From a virus (taxonomy: Duplodnaviria > Caudoviricetes): 54,184 nt of DNA. Each line of letters begins with the position of its first letter. Positions within the stretch are counted from its first letter, which is position 1. Below, one piece after another: positions 20,156 through 30,900 of this stretch. Under the pieces are notes generated by a model. It made no database searches and was not told the origin of the DNA. It saw nothing but the letters and a program-made list of their open reading frames with translations. Location: positions 1 through 54,184 of IMG/VR virus record IMGVR_UViG_3300025168_000114; one strand, written 5' to 3'. The translations under genes and the position numbers were made by a program.

Positions 20156-21874
20156 ATGGCTGATCTATCCCAGCAACTTAAGGATGTTGCAGCGCAGAGA
20201 AAGAAAGAGAAGATACAAAGGTTCACTAGGCCCCTACAGGTAGTAGGGGACATTGCAACTGGTGGCGCAATCTCTCGTGGGATAAACACGGTATATGGCA
20301 GAGATCGAGGACTCACAGAAGCACAAAAGCTTACTGCGGAACTTGAGTTAGCCAAGACAGAGCAGACTAGACAACAGCGTCAAAGCCAAAGTGTAGCCAA
20401 CAAGGAAACAGTAAGACTCAGAGCAAAAGATGCCGAAGAAGCCCGAAAGAAGATCGATTCTTTAAAGAGAGCCCAAGCGGGGCAACTAGATGACTCGGAG
20501 CAGAAAGTACTTACCAAGTGGGAAAAATTGCACGGAAGAAAGGCTAAGGGTGAGGAGTGGTCAAATGAACAGCTTATAGAGCTTCTAGGCGACTTACGGA
20601 AGATCCCTAATATAAATGCTGCACTGATTATTAAAAGTATCGATCCCAACCTCTTCCAGCAACTCGCGGGAGAGCAGTTTAGTGAAGTAGTTGCAGACAG
20701 GGCAGACTTGCAAGAGGCTCGTAATACTATTTTAGAGGCCAACTTAGACAAAGATGCGTTGGGTTTACAAATCCAAGAAGCAACGGGGCAGAAAGCAGAA
20801 GCCGACCGACTACTTGCAGAGAGTGAGATGGTAGCCCCTGGCACAGGCATCTCAGGCGTGCAGACGGGTGTCGTTACTGCAGGCTCCGCAGCGTCTTTGG
20901 GACCCTCCCCCGCGTTGTACAGTGCGGGGCAAGCCGTCGCTGACCGGATAGCCCGAGAGCCTGACAACAGGAAAGAGTCCGCCAAACTGATGGGAGAACT
21001 TGCATTAGACGAAGACTTAATCCGAATGGCAGAAGACTTAGGGATAGACCCTAAGAACTCAATAGAGATGAATTTGTTCCTAGAGACAGCCATGAGAGCC
21101 AACAAAAGAGCGGTAAAGGTCGCAGAGTTGGCGGAGAAGAACGGATGGACTGACGAGGAAATCGCACAGTACTTATATAAACTTCCCACGGCTGCGGATG
21201 AAGAGGGGAGACTTACTGCTAAAGTAAAAGAAAACCGAATGGTGTGGAAACTTCTGAACGTGGACAACCCTGACTTTCTCCGAGCGGAAGCTGAAAGGGT
21301 TGCGAAAAAGCACAAGGATAGATTAGAGGAGAGGAAATGGGAGAATCTAGACCTAACTGAAGCGGAGGTGTACGGGGAGGACTATGACCCTCAAGACACT
21401 AGGGACTTAGGTATGCCTGAAGATCTAAAGTGGCTCAATGAGGAAGGGCCAGATGTAGGCCCAGTCGCTGCAGAACCAGAGCCTCTCCCCGAGACAGTGG
21501 CTGCTCCAGAGCCGGGGCCAGAGCCCGAGCCGACCTTTGAGCAACCAGTCCAAGAGTCTCCTCTAACCGACGAAGTTCTTGCAGAACAAGATGCAATGCT
21601 AGAGGCGGAGAACGCTAACGTGCCCAACTGGTCTGCGGGACGTTCGGACAGGCTTCAAAGAGCCTTTACTCCTCAAGCGGATGCTCAACAAAGTCCCAAT
21701 AAAGGGACGGGGTATAGGGCTAACTATGAGGAGGGCCTACCTAAAGTCTCCACCCAGACGACAATCGGTGAGGACCAAGCGAAGAAGAAGCAGCAGTTCG
21801 AAGAGGACTTTAGAAAGAAGATGAAGGGTTTCATGACTCCCCCTCCGACAGGCGCACCTGACGAAGGATTCTAG
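20156..21874 (+). CDS. Putative internal virion/ejection protein
   Basis: 572 aa, coiled-coil rich with Pro/Glu tail; middle member of a small-medium-large ejection gene trio. Confidence 0.55.
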   Translation: MADLSQQLKDVAAQRKKEKIQRFTRPLQVVGDIATGGAISRGINTVYGRDRGLTEAQKLTAELELAKTEQTRQQRQSQSVANKETVRLRAKDAEEARKKIDSLKRAQAGQLDDSEQKVLTKWEKLHGRKAKGEEWSNEQLIELLGDLRKIPNINAALIIKSIDPNLFQQLAGEQFSEVVADRADLQEARNTILEANLDKDALGLQIQEATGQKAEADRLLAESEMVAPGTGISGVQTGVVTAGSAASLGPSPALYSAGQAVADRIAREPDNRKESAKLMGELALDEDLIRMAEDLGIDPKNSIEMNLFLETAMRANKRAVKVAELAEKNGWTDEEIAQYLYKLPTAADEEGRLTAKVKENRMVWKLLNVDNPDFLRAEAERVAKKHKDRLEERKWENLDLTEAEVYGEDYDPQDTRDLGMPEDLKWLNEEGPDVGPVAAEPEPLPETVAAPEPGPEPEPTFEQPVQESPLTDEVLAEQDAMLEAENANVPNWSAGRSDRLQRAFTPQADAQQSPNKGTGYRANYEEGLPKVSTQTTIGEDQAKKKQQFEEDFRKKMKGFMTPPPTGAPDEGF

Positions 21875-21942
21875 TAGTCTAATCTTGGACGTGCATCTAC
21901 TCCCATACTAGGTTACGGAAGTTCCTAGTAGGTGGAGTTAAG

Positions 21943-24900
21943 ATGTCTAAAGCGTTGTCCGACCAGTTAAGGCTAATCCGAAAGCGTCGAAGTGCCCTAG
22001 ACGCTGGGGATATGGACGAATACCGCAGACTTTCTTCGGACTCTTACAAACTCAATGATGAGGAGGAGGTTGATACCGACCTTGATACCGACCTTGATGC
22101 CACAGACGTTGAGCCTACTGATACTGAACCTGTCGTCGAAGAGGTGAGTTCGGAGGAGGTTCCTTCCTCTTTCCCTCCTGCCGAGCCCTCTTCGACGACC
22201 TCTCTTACTCCAGTTCCGCCTCCCTCAGTAGACCGGTTGGAGACAGGTGAGATCCCTGGAGAAGGATCACCTACCTTTACCGAACTAGCGGAGTCTGAGG
22301 GCGCGGGAGCGTTTCGTACCGCCTTCGCAGGGTTCCAAGATTTTTTATTAGACAATGCAAGAGAGGGCGGCGAAAGGTCTGCTAAACCGCTCGATGAGCA
22401 GCGCGGCGAGATAGCCCTAGGGCAGATGGGGAACGCAGCGATTGCAGGCCTGTTGGCTTCATACTCAAATCCTTGGAGTGCAACCGCAATGGCCCTAATT
22501 GCACTTTACCCATCAATGCTAAAACTTTCGGACGATGTACTCGACACGGACTTTGGGGAGAGAGGAGTAGGCTTTGGTGGAGATCCCCTAGACCCTACTC
22601 AGTGGCTCGGGGGTTTGTTCCTTCCTAGGACTGTTGCGCAGGAACTGCAAGACCATAAAGACCATAAGATACTCAATAGTTACCCTTCAGATTCACCCGA
22701 GGCTCTTGCTGCAGCAGAGCGTTTAAAAGTTTCGGAAAGGTCCTCTTTAATCGTAGAGGCTGTGCAATCGAACAACCCTGGAGAGGTTGCCTCGGGATAC
22801 ACGAACGATAGAGCCTACGCGGGGGACTTTTCAAAGGCTGCCGAGAACCAACCTGCAGGCTCAGACCGTCAAATAAAACTGCTGACTATGGGGACGGACC
22901 TAGCCACAGCAAACGAGGCTGTTAGAGACAGATTTTCTGGGCTTATAGACCGAGACAAAATTTCTCCTATCTTCCTGCAGACAGACCTTATGGGACGTGG
23001 GGGAGAGTCTGGAGTAAATATCTCAAAGACTGTACGACAACTGAGGGCCCTAACCATAGACAGAATGCGCAAAGAGGACCCTAGCCTAAGTGCAGATGAG
23101 ATAAGGGAAAAGGCCGCAAGGTTTGTTAGTAAGGAGGTACAGGCAGCATTAGGAGGCCATCCCTTCGCTCAAAGTTACCCCATCATTGATATTGGGAATG
23201 ACGATGCCATAGAAGAACTTATGGAGATGGACGAAGTCTGGGGTGACAACTACGGAGAATTGGGGGCGTTAGTCGCTCAGTCCTTACAGCCTTTCTCGGC
23301 GGTCATGACTCCTACCAAACTGTCCGAAAAGAAGACCCTACTCAGCCCTGAGCAGATTTCTACGGAATCTACACTCATGTCTGGCGCACGCCTTGCGAAT
23401 ATAGCCGCCTCTACTATGATAGCGGCTGGGGCTAAGTTTGACTACTACCCTGTCGTAGGGCCTTGGCTTGCTAAAATGGGAATCATTGATCCCGATAGTG
23501 CTGCGCCTGCTGACCCCGAAGAAGTCCTGCGGTGGCTATCTGAGGGTGGAGATGCGATAGATGCGGCCCCTCACTTCGCTAGGGCTGTGTATGATCATAT
23601 GTATCCCGACTTCGTCCCAGGCTCTGATACATGGAACGAGTATGCGGCAGTAGCGATGAAGAAGTACCCTTTATGGTTCCAAGGTGTACCTATTCTATCC
23701 ACTATGCTCTTTGAGCCAGATCCTATATCAGTGGCGATGGGCCCCTTAGGAAAATTCGCCAAGATGGTAGGAAAAAGTGTGAAGCTTCAGAAGCTCTATA
23801 AGTTTCAGCGAATCCTACAAGAGGATGCTATCCCCAAACTGAAGGCGTTAGAGAATGAACTCGACCCTTATGTTGTAAAAGGGCATGACGCTGAAGGTAA
23901 CCCTATTCAGATGTACAAGGATATACCCCCCGAACTAGAAGCCCAGCAGGCCGAGAAAATTGAGCGTGTAGTCAAAGAAATTTTAGACGGTGCCTCGGAT
24001 GACCCAGAACTTCAGCAGGTGCTTCAACTTAATATCCTAAGGAACCTAAAGGCGAACACGGCTACTGGAGTAAAAGAGCAATGGCAAGCCTCAGTCAAGG
24101 CACGCAGGGCACTTAAGGACCTAAAAGCCAAAACCACTAAGGAGTCGGGGGACGCAGAGAAGGCACTTGGGCTAGAGCTACGGTCGCTAGAGTCAACAAG
24201 TAAGGCGGCGGATGCCGCTTTAGACCTCACCACAAATAAGTTAAGAAGTGTAGCGCAGGGGCTCAGAGGGGTTATGCCCGAGTTTTTTGAGGCAGAAAAA
24301 CTTAATACTAAAGCGGTCAATGCCCTTAGTCGCAAGGGATTGCAGACGACTATCGAAAAGGCCACCCAAAAGGCTTTAGATGCCACAAAAGAGTATGAAG
24401 AAATAATCTTTAATAGCAAACAGGTCCTCGAACAAGAGGCTTCGTTATTCGCACGCCTACAAGCGCAGAAGGCCTTACTAGAACAAGCGCAGCAGATCGC
24501 TAGAGCAGGACTGAGAATAAATGACGAAGTTGTCGTACAGATAGGAGAGGCCCCCATAAAAGGGAAGTTCCTACGGTATGAGGCAGTGGATGCTCTGGAG
24601 AAAGGCCCAAAAAGAGCCTTTATCCAGTTAGCAACAAAAGACGGCCCCGTAGTAAGGCACTACGACCCTAAAGATGTGAGGTTCGATTACGACGGGGTAA
24701 TTAACAGATTAAACCCTAGGCACGGTAAGCCTGTGTCTACGCTGGGCAAACAATTCCGAATACTTGCTAAGGAGTTCTTCTTCGGAGAGATAAAGGGGGA
24801 TTTTAAGGCGGCGGACGGCTCTATCTGGGTTCCAGCTCGCGGCTTAGAGAGCCTAAAAGAGGGTCAAATTGTACGGTGGTTGGACGGCGGAGAACTGAAG

Positions 24901-27900
24901 TCCATCGAAGAGATGACAGTCAAGACCAAAGGAACCTTAGAAGACGGCACTGATACGGCTACCATTTTCGCAGGCAAGAAGAGGAAGCCTAGCATGACGG
25001 TCACTGTGCCGCTAGACCAAGTCTACACCCTCAAGCACCGGGACGTAGAGGCACAACTGGATGTCATAGTCGAACTAACAGAGGCAAGAGCGGTGGCTTC
25101 CGCTATGCACCGAGGCGAAGAAGCCACTGAAGCGGCTATCAACGCATGGTATGCGCGTAACTTCAAGGGCTTCGCAAGAGACTTAAAGGGTGAGGTTAAG
25201 CCATTAGTTGAGGGAGATGAAGTAGCGGCTCAAGGTGACGTACTCGATGATATTATGTATCAGGGGCCTGCCACAGCAGGTGCCGCTACAGCAGAAGAAG
25301 CAGTAGAAGCAGCACGCTTATGGAAAGAACTAGGTACGGAGAGCCCTTACTTCAAGAAATGGTTTGGGGATTCTAAGGCCGTAGACTTCTTTGGAAAGCC
25401 TCTATCGGTGTTTCACGGGACCTCAAAAGGAGGCTTCACTGAATTTGCCAGAGAAGAGGGCATGATCCACTTCTTTACTCGCGACAGAGGTCAAGCCTCT
25501 ACCTATGCCTATGGGGATGCTGCCATAGACCTATCAGAGGGCCGCAGGAAGAAAAGACAACGCGGAATCTATGACGTGTACCTTAGACTTAGGAACCCGC
25601 TAGTAGTAGAGTACTCGGGCAGAAGATGGGACGATCCTCGGAGGCATGACTTCGGTCAGGGCCCAGAGGAGTTCGACAACATAGAAGACTTAGCAGAAGC
25701 GGCCCGTGATGCAGGGTACGACGGTGTTATAGCGCAAAATATCATAGACTACGGAGAGTTTAAGACAAAAGCGGTGGACGAGGCGGTGGACCAAACCAAG
25801 CCTACGACTGAGTATCTTGTCTTTGACCCGGAGAACATCAAGTCTACGGCCAACAGAGGCACCTTCGATGAGACTGGGAGACTGCTCTTCCAAGGCGCAG
25901 ACGAACCCGCTTCTGTAGATGATATCGTTAAGGTACTCTTCCAAGAGGGAGATGAGGGTGCCAGAATGCCGTGGGAGCGCGGTGACCCAACTACAAGGGT
26001 CCCAGAACTAACCGCTGCGGCAAAGAAGATTCTAGCGGGAACTGCAGACGCGCCAACTCGTGCTGAGTACCAAAAGTTAATAGACGAGTACAAACCTGTT
26101 TACCCCTATACATCTGTCCCTGCGCCTGCTACTAGGGCGGACATGGTCCGTGGTTTGAGCGCGTCCGATAAAAAGAAAGTGGAAAAAATAGACGGAGCGG
26201 CTAACCTCGAAGCTGGCACTGTAGTTGGATTGCGCTTGGATATCCCCGCGTATAAGCGTGAGAAAGTGTGGGTCCCTACGATCCATAGGAGGGCTACAGT
26301 CATAGGCCACCAAGCAGCGGCGGCAGTGGACAACGTAAAACTTACTATGGGTGGAACGACTGCGCTAAAGATAGCCGCAGGGGAAATAGCCAAGACACCC
26401 TTTGCGACGATTAAAGGGGGATGGTCCCCTGCAACTACCGAAGATCTCGTAGCAGAGGCTGAGGCAGCCTTAAAGAGTGACGACTGGGTGCAGGTGGGCA
26501 TGGACCCCGAGAGGCATTCTTTCTTCTACGACAGGAAGACACAGCAACCCTTGGGGTCAGCAGACAGGGTTATCCAGATTGGACCTCTAGTTCTTGCGAA
26601 GAATGCGAAGCCCTTAGATCCTAAGCTAGAAGCAAGACTCCTATACCAAACCGAAGAAGAATCAGCCAAAGCCGCTGTTCAATTTGTCGAAGACAACAAG
26701 GCTATCCTGTATGCATTCGAGCAGGCTGATGTATCTTCCCTACTTCATGAGATTGGCCATGTGTTCCGTAGAGACTTGTTGAGGTCTGGTTGGCAGGGCA
26801 AACTGGACTCGGATGTCTTAGTTCGGGCCTTTACTACTAAGGATGAACGCCACATAGGCGACACGGTAACTTTTGATGGCGGTGAGGGTGTCGGTTGGAC
26901 GGACCTAACAAAAGCCGGTAAGACAAGAACCCCAGAGGAAATGGATAAAATTCAGGGTAAGCGGAGCCGTAAGCGGAAAGCCGCGTTAGATAAGAGAGCC
27001 AGAGGGTTAGAGGACCAGAGCGGTCCTGCCACTTGGACAGTGAAATCTGAAGAGCGTTTCACTCGTGCAATGGAGAAGTACCTAGCCACGGGCAGGTCCC
27101 CTTCCCTTGAACTTGACGGCGTGTTTAAGAAGTTCAAGTCATGGATGACTGAGATCTATGTTAAGATTCGAAACTCCGCTATTGGTCGGGACGTACCTAA
27201 GGAAGTCCGTGAAGTCTTTGACCGTATGCTTACAGGGGCAATGACTACTGAAGGCTATAGTTCTAAAAACTTCAATAAAGCCCGACTTAAGGCTATGCTA
27301 GACTCAAGAGGCATCCTCTATAAGAGTAAGGACACTAAAAAAGTCCTTGCTAAGAAACTTGCTGACGATGACCTGAACAGGACTGCAGAATACCGCAGAT
27401 TCAGTAAGCGTCGGGAGGACATGGCCAAGCAGGCCGCAGAGCTGGCTAATAAGACTCCCCAGGCGGTGGCTAAGAAACTCGCCCCCGGCTTGTCTGCACT
27501 GGTCAAGGGTATGGAAGACGAGTTGAAGCCTTTAACTACTGAAAGTAACAAGGTTCAGAATAAAGTCCTGTCCAAACTTGAGAAGTTTGATGCAGCGCGT
27601 AAAAAGCGTAATAAGGCTAAACAGAAACTTGCCCTCCGCGTTGCCTATGAAGCACAAAAAGTAGCAAAGAAACTCGTGAAGGATAAGCATGGAGAACTAA
27701 TTGAGTTTACAGGTAAAGCCTCCACCGCTGAAGCGCACCTAGACAAGCAACTCGCTAAGATTGACGCGGCGAGCAAAAAGATTAACGGGTCAAATAAAGT
27801 TCAAGATGTCAGGCTCGCTGTAGAAGAACTTAACGCACTGGCCGAACTTATGCGGGTGGAGGGCAAACTCCGTCCTGCTAGAAGGAATCTACTGAAGCAT

Positions 27901-30900
27901 CCTATACTTAAGTCAGTAATACGAGATCGGGCTAACGATAACTGGATAGTTGACCCCAAAGAGTTTGTGGACGCTATAGACGAGTTCTATGTTCCAGGAG
28001 CACTGGACGAGTTCTTGGCTACTCCCGAGGGTGCCTACCTCGAACCTATTGTAAAGGTGGCGAGAGAGGGAGGCCCTAGACTAACCTATAACAACGACCA
28101 GATGAAAGCGTTACAGCTAGGCATAAAGAAGATGGAGGACGCTTATCGGGAGGGCCACCTTGCCCAAGGTGCGAGGGCTATGTACGACCAAATGTGGAGA
28201 TCCTTTAGGTCTGGCAACTTCAAGACGGTAAGGGTTCCGGTCCCGTTCTCTAACATGGTAAAGGCTGAGGGAGTTCAAGTAGGAGTGTCTGGTTCCGCAA
28301 CTAGGTTCTTCTGGAATCTGTACAAAAAGTGGGACCCTGCTTACTCTAAGTACGGGGAGTTGTCCAAGCAGTTAGCGAAAAATGCTTCGAGGCATGAAAG
28401 ATTCTTAGAGCACGCTATGGGGGATCTCCATAATGTCAACATGACTAACTTAGACGGAGACTACTTAGCCGCACACATCCGATACATGGACACTACTGAG
28501 GCCATAGACGGCAGGTACGGTAGTACTATGGTAAACACTCTAGGGGATGGGATGTTCAAGGAAGCACAGTCTTTCTTGAAGGCGAACATAACGACAACTC
28601 CTAAGGGTAAATTAATCTTATCCAACGACTTTGCAGGAGATTACACCGAAGGTTTGATTAGGGCCTTGGAGCGTACTTTCCTCCCCTCACCTAAGTTTAA
28701 ACTTCAACCTCGTATCTCAGAGGCAGCGTCCAAAAGGCTAAGACCAAAGGTGTTGGAGTTGCTCTCTGATGACGGCATGACCTACGATAAGTTCTTGCGG
28801 GAGCTTGCGAAAGCCTCCAATAGAACTAAGTTTGGCCGTCAGGATGTTCGAGGCATTACAATGGCATCCCGAGCCCTGATTGACGCGGCGGCATGGCAGC
28901 ATACCATCAGGGCTATAGCGAACACCAGTAGCGCGATGCTAACTCCCAAAGAAGCATTGCAGATGACTAACTTCATGGCAGGGGAGATGGACAAAGTCGA
29001 TGACGTAGCGGCACTATGGGCGGCTGCTGGGAAACTAGGGATGGACTTGTCCGAGGCCACGGTACGCCCCGGTGTCAGGCACGGCCAGTCCGAGCAGGCG
29101 CGTGTCAAGAACCTCGTTAGGTGGAACCTCGATGATGGTAAGATCCTTAATCCTGAAGAACTTGTCGAACACAATGCTAAGTTAGAGGCTAAACTAACGG
29201 CCCAAGGACTCACTCCCGAGCAGATTACCCCGCTGCTCGCAGCTAGCGGAGTTAAGGTCACGGACCCTCGTCAAGTATTTATTCCCGAACAGATGGGACA
29301 ATCTTTGGCAGAGGGTAACGCTAAGTTTATTAAGGAATTAGACGTTTATTACTCAGCCCCTAAAGGGTTCGACCCTCAAAGGTCTATACAAAAGTACGTC
29401 CGTATGTGGAAAGGGCTGATCACCTCAGGCTTAGGCCTGCCTCGCCCTAAATACTATGTTAACAACATGGTAGGTGACTTCAGCCAGATATGGCAGACTC
29501 ACGGCCTTTCCACTGCGGTTAAGGTAAGTAGTCAAAATGTAGTGACAAATATACCCTACGTCGGCCCTCGTATTCAGAATGTCACATCTAAGATGTCCGA
29601 GAAGTTTGGAGGAGTTCCAGTACTGGGGACTGCAGTAGAGGCCATATTCAATCCAAACATTGGCCGCATCTTCAAGGGCGAAGAGGGCGTTATTAAGGTC
29701 GGAGACGAAACTATCTCGCTGTCTACTCTAAGGGAGCGGCTTGCCCTAGACGGAGTGCTCGATACGTTCACTGCACGGGAGGTGATGGCTAATATAGATG
29801 ATGCTGCGTCAGAGCTTATTGGGGTTATGCAAAAGCAGTCAGGCCTAAAGATGTCGGATAAAGTAAAAGCACATTTTACGAGAAAGGTAAAATCTGACCT
29901 AGATGCGTTTGCTATGCAAGTGCAGCAGCGTCAACGTGTAGGACTGTACCTCGAACTGCGCAAGCAGGGACTAAACCATGACGGCGCGGTAAAGGGAGTG
30001 AAGGACGCTTTGTATGACTGGAGTGGAGGATTTTCAAAATGGGAGCAGGGCTGGGTGATGGGCCTCTTTATGCCGTTCTACCGCTTCTGGAAACTCGCAG
30101 CCAAACAAATGCTACAGGCTGGTATGGAACCTTTTGTCATGGACAGCGGGGAGTATATGCTAAAAGCCATGACTGGACAAACTCAACTAGCGCGAATGAG
30201 AGCACAGTCTCGGATTCTCGCGGGAGTGCCGACATGGGCTGCCTACCAAGAGGCAGAAGAGGCTGAGGAAGGAAAAGCAAGCGCGGCATTCGAGGCCTCT
30301 ATACTATCTAGCCCTTGGTGGAAACGTCCCGGTATGACATCTTGGGGCAAGGCTATGACCGAAGATCAAAAGTACTTTATGCTAAAGCACACAGGCCGTA
30401 AGACAGATACTATTGCAACTGCGATGTCTTCTCCTATGACATCCGCAGAGATGTACTCTATAGCTGGATACGTTTCAACCTCGCTGCTTGCGGCGGCTAG
30501 GGCTGCCGGATCCGAGGATGAAGTGTTTAATGGGCTACGCGCTTGGGAGCAGTTTAAGAAGTACTCAACGGACATAGGCGGACCAGTGGTAGAGGGGCTC
30601 ATTGGCGAGAGGCGTACAGCAAAGTCTGGGTATAGGCGCATAAGTCCTGGCCAAGAGTCAGCACTTAAACTCTTCGGGGACTTCGCTCAAATCCACCATG
30701 ACGAAGACGGAAGGCTGGTAGCCAATAACATGGCTGTCACTATACTTGACCATCTTCCCATACTCAGTTCTCAATGGTCTGATACTGCGAACGGCTGGAA
30801 ATGGAGCCAACTGTTCCACGGAGAGGAGGAAGTTCTTAAGCGTTTCCTCTACACACTAGGCCACATCTCAGGCCCTGTCCGCGACTATCCTTCGGATACA

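Noticed and set aside
20380-21315. 311 aa antisense ORF and many other overlapping ORFs in the track
   Set aside because: They shadow well-supported genes on the opposite strand or frame, with Ser/Leu-rich antisense composition and no motifs.
22069-22100. Short tandem repeat encoding DTDLDTDLD, and the DKDQY duplication near 18374-18421
   Set aside because: Ordinary low-complexity linker duplications.
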